A stretch of 64,000 bases of DNA from Alphaproteobacteria bacterium (GTDB lineage: Bacteria > Pseudomonadota > Alphaproteobacteria > UBA2966): assembly GCA_965200265.1 (NCBI GenBank), contig OZ241357.1, forward strand, positions 106,290-170,289, written 5' to 3'. The notes under the pieces were generated by a model that had not been told where the DNA came from, did not search any database, and saw only the letters and a program-made list of their open reading frames with translations. Shown one piece after another: positions 10,573-21,155 of this stretch. How positions within the stretch are numbered: the stretch's first letter is position 1; every line of letters begins with the position of its first letter. The position numbers were made by a program, and so were the translations under genes.

Positions 10573-11909
10573 ACGCGATGCGGTGCGTCGGCATGGCGGC
10601 GGGCGCCGCACTGATCGTCGCGCTCGGCGCGTGCGAGAGCATTACCGAATTCGTCGAGGGCGCCCAGGACACCCCGCTGCCGGGCGAGCGGATATCCGTC
10701 ATCGCGTTGCAGCGGACCCTGCAGCCCGACCCGGACATCACCGGCGTCGACGTGCGCCTGCCCGAGCCGTACCTGAACGAGGACTGGCCGCAGGCGGGCG
10801 GCCGTCCGACGCACGCGATGCACCACCTGACGGGGGGAGACACGCCGCCGTCACGGGTGTGGACGGCGTCGGCCGGACGGGGGGCGGGCGCCGTCGCGCG
10901 CCTCACCGCGGCGCCGGTCGTCGCCGGCGGCCACGTCTTCGTCCTCGACGCCGGAGGCAGCGTCGCGGCGCATCGGGCGAACGACGGGCGGCGGGTCTGG
11001 CGGTACAGCATCGTCCCCGAAGGCGAGGACCGGGGCGCCATCGGCGGCGGTCTGGCGCACGACGGAGGCGTCCTGTACCTGGCGACCGGGTACGGCGAGG
11101 CGATCGCCCTGGAGGCCGAAAGCGGCGCCGAGGTCTGGCGGCGGAAGATCGGGACGCCGCTGCGGGGGGCGCCGACGGTGGCCGCCGGGCGGCTGTTCAC
11201 CGTCACCTACGACAACCAGCTCTACGCCCTGAACGCCGAGGACGGCGACGTCGCCTGGACCCATGTCGGGATCGCCGAGGACGCGGGCATCGTCGGCGCG
11301 GCCAGCCCGGCGGTGGACGGCGGGGTCGTGGTGGCGCCGTACTCCTCGGGCGAGCTCGTCGCCCTGCGGGTCGAGAACGGCAGGTCGGTCTGGGCCGATT
11401 CCCTGACGCGCGTCGGCGCCGCGACGCCGCTCGCCGAACTCAACGACATCAACGGCTCGCCGGTCATCGACCGCGACATCGTCGTCGCCGCGGGCCACGC
11501 CGGCCGCATGGTGGCCATCGACCTGCGGAGCGGGGCCCGTCTCTGGGAACAGGAGATCGCCAGTCTCCAGACTCCCTGGGTGGCCGGGGACTTCGTGTTC
11601 GTGATCACCACCGAGGCCCAGGTGGTCTGCCTGGCCAGGGACACGGGCCGCGTCCGCTGGGTCCGGCAGCTTCCCAGGTACGAGGACGAGGAGCGCCGGC
11701 GGGATTCCATCGAGTGGAGCGGCCCGGTCCTGGCGAGCGAGCGCCTGTTCGTGGTCTCGTCGCGCGGCGACGGCGTCTTCGTCTCCCCTTACGACGGCGA
11801 GACGGTGGACAGGGTGGAGCTTCCCGACGGGACGTCGCTGCCGCCGGTCGTCGCCGGCGGAACGATATACGTTCTGACGGACGACGGGGACCTCGTCGCC
11901 TACCGCTGA
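10569..11909 (+). CDS. PQQ-like beta-propeller lipoprotein (BamB-like)
   Basis: Lipobox LGAC, PLPGERISV, repeated A-x-D/N-G-x-x-x-W propeller blades. Confidence 0.85.
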   Translation: MNAMRCVGMAAGAALIVALGACESITEFVEGAQDTPLPGERISVIALQRTLQPDPDITGVDVRLPEPYLNEDWPQAGGRPTHAMHHLTGGDTPPSRVWTASAGRGAGAVARLTAAPVVAGGHVFVLDAGGSVAAHRANDGRRVWRYSIVPEGEDRGAIGGGLAHDGGVLYLATGYGEAIALEAESGAEVWRRKIGTPLRGAPTVAAGRLFTVTYDNQLYALNAEDGDVAWTHVGIAEDAGIVGAASPAVDGGVVVAPYSSGELVALRVENGRSVWADSLTRVGAATPLAELNDINGSPVIDRDIVVAAGHAGRMVAIDLRSGARLWEQEIASLQTPWVAGDFVFVITTEAQVVCLARDTGRVRWVRQLPRYEDEERRRDSIEWSGPVLASERLFVVSSRGDGVFVSPYDGETVDRVELPDGTSLPPVVAGGTIYVLTDDGDLVAYR

Positions 11910-11912
11910 GCC

Positions 11913-13334
11913 ATGCGCCCCACGGTGGCCATCGTCGGCCGTCCGAACACAGGAAAATCGACGCTCTTCAACCGTCTCGTGGGCCGCCGCGTGGCCATCG
12001 TCGACGATACGCCGGGCGTTACGCGCGACCGCCGGGAAGGGAAGGCGCGGCTCGGGTCCCTCGAATTCGACGTCGTCGATACGGCCGGCCTGGAGGAGGG
12101 CGGCGGCGGCGGCCTGGAGGGCCGGATGTGGCGGCAGACGGAACGGGCGGTCGACGAGGCGGACGTCGTGCTGATGCTGATCGACGCGCGGGCGGGGGTC
12201 ACGCCGGTCGACCGGCACTTCGCCGACCTGCTGCGCCGCCGCGGGAATCGCGTGATCCTCGTCGCCAACAAGTGCGAGGGCCGGGCGGGCGAGACGGGCT
12301 TCTACGACGCCTACGCGCTGGGGCTGGGGGAACCCGTCGCGATCTCGGCGGAGCACGCCGAGGGCATGGCCGACCTGCACGACCGGATCGGCGAAGCCGC
12401 GGCGCCGGGCACAGTGACGGAATCGGGCGCGGAGGCCGCTTCCCCGCCGGAGACGGGGCCGCTCAAGCTGGCCATCGTCGGCCGTCCGAACGTCGGCAAG
12501 TCGACGCTGGTCAATCGCCTCGCGGGAACAGATCGCCTGTTGACCGGGCCGGAACCGGGGATCACGCGGGACGCCATCGCGGTCCGGCTGGAAGTGGACG
12601 GGCGGGAGATCGAACTGGTGGACACCGCCGGTCTCCGCCGCCGGGCGCGGGTGACGGACCGGCTGGAGCGGTTGTCCGCCAACGACACCCTGAACGCGGT
12701 CCGCATGGCTGAGGTGGTCGCCGTCGTCGTGGACGGCACCGTCGGGATGGAGAAGCAGGATCTCGGCATCGCGTCGATGGCCGTCGAGGAAGGCCGGGCC
12801 TTGCTGATCGTCGTCAACAAATGGGATCTCGTGGACGAACGCCGGAGCGCCCTGGCGCGCCTGCGGGAACGGCTCGGCGACTCGCTCCCGCGGGCCCAGG
12901 GCGTGAAGATCGTTCCCGTCTCCGCGCTCACGGGCGCGCGCCTGGGAACCCTGCCGCCCGCCGTGTTCTCCGCCCACGAGGTGTGGAACCGGCGGGTGAT
13001 GACCGGACCGCTCAACCGATGGCTGGGCGAGATCGTGGAGCGCCACCCGCCGCCGGTCGTCCGGAGACGGCGGCCGCGCTTCCGCTACATCACCCAGGCG
13101 AAGGCCCGCCCGCCCACCTTCGTCCTGTTCGCGAACCGTCCGGAGGCGGTGGGCGAGACGTATCTCCGCTATCTGGAGAACGATCTCAGGGCCGCGTTCG
13201 ACCTGCCGGGCACACCCATACGGATGCGCCTGCGAAAGGGGCGGAACCCCTACACAGGGGAGGGCGGCGCGGAGGAAGGCCGGCGGCGGCGCGGCGGGCC
13301 GGGTTCCGGGACGCGGACCGGGAAGCGCCGGTGA
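11913..13334 (+). CDS. der: Ribosome biogenesis GTPase Der
   Basis: Two GRPNxGKSTL/DTAG/NKxD G-domains, C-terminal PPTF...GTPIR KH-like domain. Confidence 0.97.
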   Translation: MRPTVAIVGRPNTGKSTLFNRLVGRRVAIVDDTPGVTRDRREGKARLGSLEFDVVDTAGLEEGGGGGLEGRMWRQTERAVDEADVVLMLIDARAGVTPVDRHFADLLRRRGNRVILVANKCEGRAGETGFYDAYALGLGEPVAISAEHAEGMADLHDRIGEAAAPGTVTESGAEAASPPETGPLKLAIVGRPNVGKSTLVNRLAGTDRLLTGPEPGITRDAIAVRLEVDGREIELVDTAGLRRRARVTDRLERLSANDTLNAVRMAEVVAVVVDGTVGMEKQDLGIASMAVEEGRALLIVVNKWDLVDERRSALARLRERLGDSLPRAQGVKIVPVSALTGARLGTLPPAVFSAHEVWNRRVMTGPLNRWLGEIVERHPPPVVRRRRPRFRYITQAKARPPTFVLFANRPEAVGETYLRYLENDLRAAFDLPGTPIRMRLRKGRNPYTGEGGAEEGRRRRGGPGSGTRTGKRR

Positions 13335-13359
13335 CCCTTCGGCGCCGGCGCCGGGCGGT

Positions 13360-14826
13360 CTACGCCTGTTCCGTGAGCAGCGGCAGCTGAGCCGGCATGT
13401 CGCCGTCTTCCTGGTCCACGAGGCCGATCGGATAGTCGCCGCTGAGACAGGCGTCGCAGAATTGCGGGGCGTCGTCGTCGCGGTCGGCGCCCGCGGCGGC
13501 GCGGTAGAGGCCGTCGATCGACAGGTAGGCGAGGCTGTCCACGCCGATGCCGGCGGCGATCTCCTCGACGCCGAGCCGCGACGCCAGAAGCTCCGCCTTC
13601 TCCGGCGTGTCGACGCCGTAGTGGCAGGAGTTGACGATCGGCGGGCTCGCGATCCGCATGTGCACCTCGGCGGCGCCGGCCTCCCGCATCATCTCGACGA
13701 TCTTCGTCGACGTGGTGCCGCGGACGATGGAATCGTCCACCAGCACGATCCGCCGTCCGGCGATGCTCGCCCGGTTGGCGTTGTGCTTCAATCGGACGCC
13801 GAGATGGCGGATCCGGTCCGTGGGCTCGATGAAGGTCCGGCCGACGTAGTGGTTGCGGACGATCCCGAGATCGAACGGGATGCCGGCCGCGGAGGCGTAT
13901 CCCATGGCGGCGGGCGTGCCGGAGTCCGGCACGGGCACGACGACGTCCGCCGCCACCGGCGCCTCGCGGGCGAGCTCCGCGCCGATGCGCTTGCGCACCT
14001 CGTAGACGCCGGCGCCCTCGACCACCGAGTCCGGACGGGCGAAGTAGATGTATTCGAACACGCAGAAGCGGCTTCGCGCGGACGGGAAGGGCGAAATGCT
14101 GTGCAGTCCCTCCGCGTCGACGATGACGAGCTCGCCCGGCCGCACGTCGCGGACGAACCTCGCGCCGATGATGTCGAGGGCGCAGGTCTCCGACGCGAGG
14201 ACGGTGGCGTCGTCGAGGGCGCCGACGACCAGAGGCCGGAGGCCGAGCGGGTCGCGCATCCCGAAGACCGTGTCGTTGGCGAGGGCGACCATCGAGTACG
14301 CGCCCTGAATCTGTCCGAGGGCGTCGATCATCCGGTCCTCCACGGCGTGACAGGAGCTCGTCGCCATCAGGTGAATCACGACCTCGGTGTCGGTGGTCGA
14401 TTGAAAGATGCTGCCGCGCTTCACCAGCTCGCGCCGCAGCCCGTAGCCGTTGGTGAAGTTGCCGTTGTGCGCGATGGCCAGCCCGCCGAACGAAAATTCG
14501 GCGAACAGCGGCTGTACGTTCCTGAGAATCGTGCCGCCGGTGGTGGAGTACCGGACGTGTCCGACGGCCGCGCTTCCCGTCAGCCGGTCCATGACGTCCG
14601 GGGACGAGAACGTGTCGCCCACCAGCCCCAGGCTCCGGTGGGTGTGGAAGTGTCCGTCGTCGTAGCTGACGATGCCCGCCGATTCCTGTCCGCGGTGCTG
14701 GAGAGCGTGCAGGCCCAGGGCCGTGTGCGCCGAGGCGTCGTGGTGTCCGAATACGGCGAACACGCCGCAGCCGTCGCGGGGCCGGCCTGCGCCTCGCGGC
14801 CGCGCGGGATGGACGGGCTTGGCCAT
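13360..14826 (-). CDS. purF: Amidophosphoribosyltransferase
   Basis: CGVF catalytic Cys after short propeptide, LQHRGQE, GHVRYSTTG, VDDSIVRGTT; start at MAKPVHP. Confidence 0.97.
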   Translation of the reverse strand: MAKPVHPARPRGAGRPRDGCGVFAVFGHHDASAHTALGLHALQHRGQESAGIVSYDDGHFHTHRSLGLVGDTFSSPDVMDRLTGSAAVGHVRYSTTGGTILRNVQPLFAEFSFGGLAIAHNGNFTNGYGLRRELVKRGSIFQSTTDTEVVIHLMATSSCHAVEDRMIDALGQIQGAYSMVALANDTVFGMRDPLGLRPLVVGALDDATVLASETCALDIIGARFVRDVRPGELVIVDAEGLHSISPFPSARSRFCVFEYIYFARPDSVVEGAGVYEVRKRIGAELAREAPVAADVVVPVPDSGTPAAMGYASAAGIPFDLGIVRNHYVGRTFIEPTDRIRHLGVRLKHNANRASIAGRRIVLVDDSIVRGTTSTKIVEMMREAGAAEVHMRIASPPIVNSCHYGVDTPEKAELLASRLGVEEIAAGIGVDSLAYLSIDGLYRAAAGADRDDDAPQFCDACLSGDYPIGLVDQEDGDMPAQLPLLTEQA

Positions 14827-14980
14827 CAGCCCCCCGAAACCCCCTGGATCATGTGGTCGCTGGTGAACATCTGGAGCCGTCGCGCGGTCCTTGTACCCGG
14901 ATTCCGGCCGGGAGTCCCGAACCAATCCGGGGCGTCCTCCAGGCCCCGCCGGGGTGCGGTCGCGTCGTCGGCCGCATGGC

Positions 14981-15511
14981 TCATTCCGCGTCGCCTTCTC
15001 CCAGGTCGACGCCGAAATCCCAGCCGGTGTCGGGCGCCAGCCCGACGAGAAGGTTGGCGCCGGCCTCGACCGCCGGGCGGCTTGTCGCCTCCCGGATCCA
15101 GTCCGGGTGGTCGGCGGCGGGCACGAATTTCTCGAACACGAGCCACGCGACGCAGACGACGACGGCGCCTTGCAGCAGCCCGAACAGAAACCCGAGCACG
15201 CGGTCGACCACGTTGAGCGAACTCCCCCGCAACGGTTTCGTCACCACGTAGCCGGCGACCGAAATGGCGACGAGCGCCACCAGAAAGATCACGATCACGG
15301 TCACGGTGTCGGCCACGAAATCCACCGGAATCAGATCGCGGACGAAGGGCTGGAGCACGGGGAACAGGTAGAACACGGCGAGGATCGCGCCGATCCAGCC
15401 GGCGACCAGCAGCGCTTCCCTGATGAAACCGACGGCGAACGCCAGCAGCGCCGGAACGAGCAGCACGACCAGCACGCCGACGTCGGCGACGGTGAACGGA
15501 AGATCAGCCAT
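14981..15511 (-). CDS. cvpA: CvpA family membrane protein
   Basis: GFIREAL, DRVLGFLFGLLQG; between radA and purF. Confidence 0.9.
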   Translation of the reverse strand: MADLPFTVADVGVLVVLLVPALLAFAVGFIREALLVAGWIGAILAVFYLFPVLQPFVRDLIPVDFVADTVTVIVIFLVALVAISVAGYVVTKPLRGSSLNVVDRVLGFLFGLLQGAVVVCVAWLVFEKFVPAADHPDWIREATSRPAVEAGANLLVGLAPDTGWDFGVDLGEGDAE

Positions 15512-16910
15512 GTCGATGCCCGGAGGACGCCGGCGCCGCGCCGCCGTTGGTCGGCGAGGGCGACAGCGTGTCGACCAGTTCCTTCAGCCGTTCGATGGGG
15601 GTTATTCGGATGTCCCGCGACTTCCATCCCTTGCCGGGAGGGGTCACGGCGCGCGAGAACCCGAGCTTGGCCGCCTCCGCCAGCCGGTTGTCGGCCTGGC
15701 TCACCGGCCGCACGTCGCCGGACAGTCCGACCTCCCCGAAGAACACGGAGGCTTCCGGGACCGAGGTCCCCGTATGCGCCGACACCAGGGCGCCGGCGAC
15801 GGCGAGGTCGGCGCCCGGCTCGCCGATCCTGAGACCGCCCGCGACGTTGAGATAGATGTCGTTGCCGAACAGCGACAGGCCGCAGCGCGCCTCGAGGACC
15901 GCGACGATCATTGCCAGCCGGGAGGCGTCCCAGCCGACGACGGCGCGGCGCGGCGTGGCGAGGACGGAAGGAGACACGAGCGCCTGGATCTCCACCAGCA
16001 CGGGCCGGGTTCCCTCGATCCCGGCATGGACCGCGGTCCCGCTGATCGCCGAGGACCGTTCCGTCAGGAAGAGCGCCGAGGGATTGACGACCTCGGCCAT
16101 GCCCGCGTCGGTCATCTCGAACACGCCGATCTCGTCGGTCGGGCCGAACCGGTTCTTGACCGCCCGCAGGATGCGGAACTGGTGGCCGCGCTCCCCTTCC
16201 AGATACAGCACCGTGTCGACCATGTGCTCGAGCACGCGCGGACCGGCGATCTGCCCCTCTTTGGTCACGTGGCCGACCAGCACGACGACCGCCCCCGTCG
16301 TCTTGGCGAAACGGATGAACGACTGCGCCGCCGCGCGCACCTGGGCGACCGTGCCGGGCGCCGACTCGAGCGAATCGACGAACATCGTCTGTATGGAGTC
16401 CACCACCACGACCTGGACCGGCCCCCCGGACCCGAGGGTCGCGAGGATGTCGCGAACGTCGGTGGCCGCGGCGAGCCTGACCGGCGAGTCCGACAGCGCC
16501 AAGCGGCGCGCCCTCATGCGGATCTGATCGACCGCCTCTTCCCCGGACAGGTAGGCGCAGGGCGCGCCGAGCCGCGCCAGGGCCGCGGCCACCTGAAGCA
16601 GTAGGGTCGACTTGCCGATGCCGGGGTCGCCGCCGACGAGCAGGACGGACCCCGGCACGAGACCGCCGCCGCAGACCCGATCGAACTCGGGGATGCCGAC
16701 GACCGTTCGCCGGGTCGGCCGGGCGGGTCCGTCGAGGGTGTCGAACTCGAACCGCCGTCCCGGCGCCGGGGAGACGGCGCCGGGCGGCGCAACGGGCTCG
16801 CTCTCCTCGGTGATGGAATTCCAGGCGCCGCAGGAATCGCAGCGGCCGCTCCATTTCGCGGCGAGCGCGCCACATTCCTGGCACACGTGGCGGGAGGGAC
16901 GGCGCGCCAT
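15504..16910 (-). CDS. radA: DNA repair protein RadA/Sms
   Basis: CQECG...CDSC zinc finger, GDPGIGKST, KNRFG. Confidence 0.98.
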   Translation of the reverse strand: MARRPSRHVCQECGALAAKWSGRCDSCGAWNSITEESEPVAPPGAVSPAPGRRFEFDTLDGPARPTRRTVVGIPEFDRVCGGGLVPGSVLLVGGDPGIGKSTLLLQVAAALARLGAPCAYLSGEEAVDQIRMRARRLALSDSPVRLAAATDVRDILATLGSGGPVQVVVVDSIQTMFVDSLESAPGTVAQVRAAAQSFIRFAKTTGAVVVLVGHVTKEGQIAGPRVLEHMVDTVLYLEGERGHQFRILRAVKNRFGPTDEIGVFEMTDAGMAEVVNPSALFLTERSSAISGTAVHAGIEGTRPVLVEIQALVSPSVLATPRRAVVGWDASRLAMIVAVLEARCGLSLFGNDIYLNVAGGLRIGEPGADLAVAGALVSAHTGTSVPEASVFFGEVGLSGDVRPVSQADNRLAEAAKLGFSRAVTPPGKGWKSRDIRITPIERLKELVDTLSPSPTNGGAAPASSGHRHG

Positions 16911-17010
16911 CAGGGGCCGCCTCTGCGGCGGCGCGGCGAGCGTTCGCGCGCCTCGGGGAACGCGGCGGGACGGCGCACGACGGTCGCCGGGAAACGGACG
17001 GCCGCGCCGG

Positions 17011-18126
17011 TCATTCGTCGGCGCCTCCCGATACGTATTCCCGGCGGTATCTGGCGCCCAGGGCGGTCAGCAGTTCGTAGGCGATGGTGCCTCCCGCTTC
17101 CGCCAGATCGTCGATCGGAACCGGCCCGCCGATGACGTCGACCTCGGCGCCGGGGAACACCAGCCCGGAGGGCACCGGGCTCACGTCGAGGGTGACGAGA
17201 TCCATCGAGACCCGTCCCACGACCGGCACGCGGAAGCCGCCCAGGTAGCAGAACCCCCGGCCGCTCAGCGATCGAAGATAGCCGTCCGCGTATCCCAGCG
17301 GCAACGTGGCGATGGTGGCGGGCGCCGCGACGCGGTGCGTGGCGCCGTACCCGACGGTCCGGTGGGCGTCGACGCGGCGCACCTGGACGATCCTCGCCCG
17401 CAGACGGACCGCCTCGCGCATGGGGTTGGGGCGTCCGGGCCGGGGGTTGGCGCCGTACAGCGCCACTCCCGGACGCACGAGGTCGAAATGGTATCCCGGA
17501 CCCAGGAACACCCCCGACGAGTTGGCGAGGCTGGCGGCGATACCGGGAAATCCCGCCCGGATCGCCGAAAACGCCTTCAGCTGGCGGCCGTTGAGCGGGC
17601 TGTCGGGATCCTCGGACGAGACGAGGTGGCTCATGAGGTACGCGACGTTCAATTCCTCGATCATGGCGGGGCGATCCATGAGGCGCCGGGTCTCGTCGTC
17701 GGGCAATCCGAGGCGCGACATGCCGGTATCGAAGTGAATGGCCGCCGGCAGAGCGCGGCCGGCGGTGCGCGCCCGTCCGGTCCAGCGCTCGATCTGTCCC
17801 AGGTCGTTGAGAACGGGCGCCAGGCGGTGGGCCTCGAACGCCTCGCCGTCCTCTCCGGCCAGTCCGTTGAGAACGAATATCCCGGGCGCCGCCCCGACGA
17901 TCCCCCGAAGGGCGACCGCCTCGTCGACGGTGGCGACGAAGAAGACGCGGCAGCCGGCGTCCCGCAGGACGGGAGCCACCCGTTCGACCCCGGCGCCGTA
18001 GGCGTTCGCCTTGACCAGGGCGGCGCACCGGGCCGTCGGCGACCTGTCCCTCAGCAGCCGGTAGTTCGCCTCGATGGCGGCGAGGTCGACGGTCAGCGTC
18101 GCGCCGGCGCGCGTCATGCCGGACAT
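17011..18126 (-). CDS. alr: Alanine racemase
   Basis: LVKANAYG PLP Lys, DTGMSRLG, GYADG, GRVSMD; start MSGMTRAG within longer ORF. Confidence 0.95.
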   Translation of the reverse strand: MSGMTRAGATLTVDLAAIEANYRLLRDRSPTARCAALVKANAYGAGVERVAPVLRDAGCRVFFVATVDEAVALRGIVGAAPGIFVLNGLAGEDGEAFEAHRLAPVLNDLGQIERWTGRARTAGRALPAAIHFDTGMSRLGLPDDETRRLMDRPAMIEELNVAYLMSHLVSSEDPDSPLNGRQLKAFSAIRAGFPGIAASLANSSGVFLGPGYHFDLVRPGVALYGANPRPGRPNPMREAVRLRARIVQVRRVDAHRTVGYGATHRVAAPATIATLPLGYADGYLRSLSGRGFCYLGGFRVPVVGRVSMDLVTLDVSPVPSGLVFPGAEVDVIGGPVPIDDLAEAGGTIAYELLTALGARYRREYVSGGADE

Positions 18127-18188
18127 GGCCGGCGTCCGGGTCCCGGGGGCTGGCGTCGCGCGGTCGGCATCCGGGGGAGCGCGCCGCG

Positions 18189-19742
18189 CTAGAACGGAAC
18201 GTCGGACAGCAGGTGATCGGGCGCCTCGAGGTTGCCGAAGCGCGTGAACTGGCTGCTGAAGTACACCGTCACGGTGTCCGTCGGACCGTGGCGATGCTTG
18301 CCGACGATGATCTCGGCCTCGCCGGCGCGGCCCTCGGACATGTAGTCGTGGTGCCACTGCTCCATGCGCGTGTTGAAGCCGTCCTCCGGCTCGTCGCGGC
18401 GGCGTTTCGGCTTCGGGTGCGCGCGGCTCCAGTAATACTCCTCCCGGTAGATGAACATGACGACGTCCGCGTCCTGCTCGATCGTTCCCGACTCCCTGAG
18501 ATCCGCGAGCTGCGGCCGGTTGTCGTCCCGCTGCTCGACGGCGCGCGACAGCTGGGACAGGGCGAGGACCGGAACGTCGAGGTCCTTCGCCAGCGCCTTC
18601 AGCCCCCGCGTGATCTCGGAGATCTCCTGCACGCGGCTGTCGTGGCGCTGGCGCCCGGACGGCGAGACGAGCTGGAGGTAATCGACGACGACGAGCCCGA
18701 TGCCGTGCTGCCGCTTGAGGCGTCGCGCGCGCGTCCTGAGCGCCGCGATGCCGAGGGCGGGCGTGTCGTCGATGAACAGGGGGATGTCCTCGAGCTTCTG
18801 ATTGGCGATGACGAGCTTCTGGAACTCGTCGTCGCTGAGCTGGCCCCGGCGCATCTTGTACGACGGGATCTCCGTCTGGTCGGAAAGAATGCGCGCCGCG
18901 AGCTGCTCGGCGGACATCTCCAGGGAGAAGAACCCCACCGCCGCCCCGTCCTCGGTCCGCCATTCCCCGTCCTCGTCCCGCCCGCCGCGCCAGGCCGTCG
19001 CCGCGTGCACCGCGATGTTCGCGGCCAGCGCCGTCTTCCCCATCGCCGGCCGCGCGGCGAGGACGATCAGGTCCGATCGATGCAGCCCGCCGAGAAGCTC
19101 GTCGAGGTCCTTGAGCGCCGTGGCGACGCCGGTCAGCCGCGTCTCCCGCCTGTGCGCCGCCTCCGCCGCCAGCACCGCGTCGCGCAGGGAGACCTTGAAC
19201 TCCTGCGGGCCGCCGTCCCCGTCCCCGCTCTCCGCCAGGCGGAACAGATGCTGCTCGGCATCCTCGATCTGCCGCGGCGCGTCGTCGTCGATGTCCGCGT
19301 CGTAGGCGCGGTTGACGATTTCCTCGCCGAGGTCGATCAGCCGCCGGCGGACCGCGAGATCGTGGATCGTGCGGCCGTAGTCCCGGGAATTGACGATGGC
19401 GATCGCGGAGCCGGCGAGTCTGGCCAGGTATTGCGCGCCGCCGACGTCGGCCAGGGCGTCGTCGTTCTCGAACCAGCTTCTCAGCGTGACCGGGGTCGCG
19501 ATCTGCCCGCGCTCGATCAGCTTCCGGCAGGCCTCGTAGATGCGCCCGTGAACGGGCTCGAAGAAATGCCGCGGCTCCAGAAATCCGAGCACGCGGTGGG
19601 CCGCTTCGTTGTTGACGAGGACGGCGCCGAGCAACGCCTGTTCGGCCTCGACGTTGTGGGGCGGCTCCCGGTAGGCGATGCCCTCCTCGCGTCCGGTCTC
19701 GACGACGGAGGGGCGGGGGCTGAAGACGGCCTGATCAACCAT
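18189..19742 (-). CDS. dnaB: Replicative DNA helicase
   Basis: PPHNVEAEQALLG, ARPAMGKT, VDYLQL, LSQLSR, LRESGTIEQDAD. Confidence 0.98.
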   Translation of the reverse strand: MVDQAVFSPRPSVVETGREEGIAYREPPHNVEAEQALLGAVLVNNEAAHRVLGFLEPRHFFEPVHGRIYEACRKLIERGQIATPVTLRSWFENDDALADVGGAQYLARLAGSAIAIVNSRDYGRTIHDLAVRRRLIDLGEEIVNRAYDADIDDDAPRQIEDAEQHLFRLAESGDGDGGPQEFKVSLRDAVLAAEAAHRRETRLTGVATALKDLDELLGGLHRSDLIVLAARPAMGKTALAANIAVHAATAWRGGRDEDGEWRTEDGAAVGFFSLEMSAEQLAARILSDQTEIPSYKMRRGQLSDDEFQKLVIANQKLEDIPLFIDDTPALGIAALRTRARRLKRQHGIGLVVVDYLQLVSPSGRQRHDSRVQEISEITRGLKALAKDLDVPVLALSQLSRAVEQRDDNRPQLADLRESGTIEQDADVVMFIYREEYYWSRAHPKPKRRRDEPEDGFNTRMEQWHHDYMSEGRAGEAEIIVGKHRHGPTDTVTVYFSSQFTRFGNLEAPDHLLSDVPF

Positions 19743-19793
19743 GGGACCGCCGTGTAGTACCGCGATCGTCGGGCCGGCGCCATGCCGGCGCTT

Positions 19794-19919
19794 TGTGGAA
19801 ACCGGATACGGAAAGCATTCCCAGGATGTACGACGCGGGGAACGATGGAGGGCCTCGCCCCGTACCGGCGGCGCACCGTCCCTTTTCGGGATGGATGCCC
19901 GGCCGGAGGCTGTGGATTA
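19794..19919 (-). promoter_or_regulatory. Two near-consensus DnaA boxes upstream of dnaB
   Basis: GTTTCCACA (19794-19802) and TAATCCACA (19911-19919), each 1 mismatch to TTWTNCACA. Confidence 0.45.
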
Positions 19920-21155
19920 CCGTTCCCGGCCGGCTGCGGATTTTCGGTCCCGGTCGTCGGTTCGTTCCCGCTCGTAGAGGTAGTTTCTGATCAGCGGCAC
20001 CGCCCCGTGCTCCCGGGCCATCTGAATCTGGAAGACGACGTGGTCTCCGTATCGGAACACCGCCTCCGACCCCGCCAAGTAGAAGTCCCACATGCGGCAG
20101 AACCGCTCGTCGTGGAGGGACGATATCTCGTCCCGGTTGGCGAGGAAGCGGCGCCGCCACTCCCTGAGCGTTTCGGCGTAGTGGAGTCGCAGCACCTCGA
20201 CGTCGGTCGTCTTCAGACCCGATTTCTCGATGACCGGGACGACTTCCGACAGCGCCGGGGAATAGCCTCCCGGGAAGATGTACTTGCGTATCCACGCCGC
20301 CGTCGCCCCCGGACCCGACGAGCGGCCGATGGTGTGGAGGAGGGCGACCCCGTCGCGGGCGAGAAGCTCCCGGCACTTGTGGAAGTAGTCGCCATAGCAC
20401 GGGACGCCCACGTGCTCGAACATGCCCACCGACACGATCCGGTCGAACCCGCCGGAGACTTCCCGGTAGTCCTTCAGCAGGAAGCGGACGCGGTCGGCGA
20501 GCCCCGCCTTCCTGGCGCGTTCGTTGGAGATTCGGTGCTGTTCTTCCGACAGGGTCAGGCCGGTGACGTCGACGCCGGCCTGCCGGGCGAGCGAGATCCC
20601 GAGGCCGCCCCAGCCCGACCCGATGTCGAGGACGCGCATTCCCGGCTCGAGCAGGAGTTTCCCCGCGATATGGCGTTTCTTGTCTTCCTGGGCCTGTTCC
20701 AGCGTGTTCCCGGGATCGAGGAAATAGGCGCAGGAATACTGGCGGTCACGGTCGAGGAATAGGTCGTAGAAGCGGGCGGAGAGGTCGTAGTGGTGGGCGA
20801 TGTTGCGCCGGGACCGGCGCAACGTGTTGGCCTGGGCCAGGGCTCTGAACGCCCTGCCGAGAAACATCGCCGGGCGCTGGCTCCAGTGCTTGTCCAGCGC
20901 GTACATGTTGGCGATCGCGATCCCCAGGAAGTCGGCGAGGTCGCCTTCCTCGACGGTCAGCGTCCGGTCCATGTAGGCCTCGCCGAACGCGAGGTCCGGG
21001 ACCAGTGCGAGCCGGCGGTGAAGCCGGGGGTCGTGAAGGCGAATCGTCGACTTGAGACCGGGTTCACCCGTGAACCGGTGACGCCTGCCGCGGGCGTCGA
21101 TGATCTCCAGATCGCCCCAGCGGAACGTGTCGTTCAGGATCCTCGCGAGCAGCAT
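19917..21155 (-). CDS. cfa: Cyclopropane-fatty-acyl-phospholipid synthase family methyltransferase
   Basis: NIAHHYDLS, QYSCAYF, LDIGSGWGG, SVGMFEHVG, YIFPGG, RMWDFYL. Confidence 0.9.
   Translation of the reverse strand: MLLARILNDTFRWGDLEIIDARGRRHRFTGEPGLKSTIRLHDPRLHRRLALVPDLAFGEAYMDRTLTVEEGDLADFLGIAIANMYALDKHWSQRPAMFLGRAFRALAQANTLRRSRRNIAHHYDLSARFYDLFLDRDRQYSCAYFLDPGNTLEQAQEDKKRHIAGKLLLEPGMRVLDIGSGWGGLGISLARQAGVDVTGLTLSEEQHRISNERARKAGLADRVRFLLKDYREVSGGFDRIVSVGMFEHVGVPCYGDYFHKCRELLARDGVALLHTIGRSSGPGATAAWIRKYIFPGGYSPALSEVVPVIEKSGLKTTDVEVLRLHYAETLREWRRRFLANRDEISSLHDERFCRMWDFYLAGSEAVFRYGDHVVFQIQMAREHGAVPLIRNYLYERERTDDRDRKSAAGRER

Noticed and set aside
18330-19000. Insertions in DnaB (WRGGRDEDGEWRTEDG; AHPKPKRRRDEPEDG) as possible intein
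   Set aside because: Too short, no intein splice-junction motifs; typical alphaproteobacterial loops
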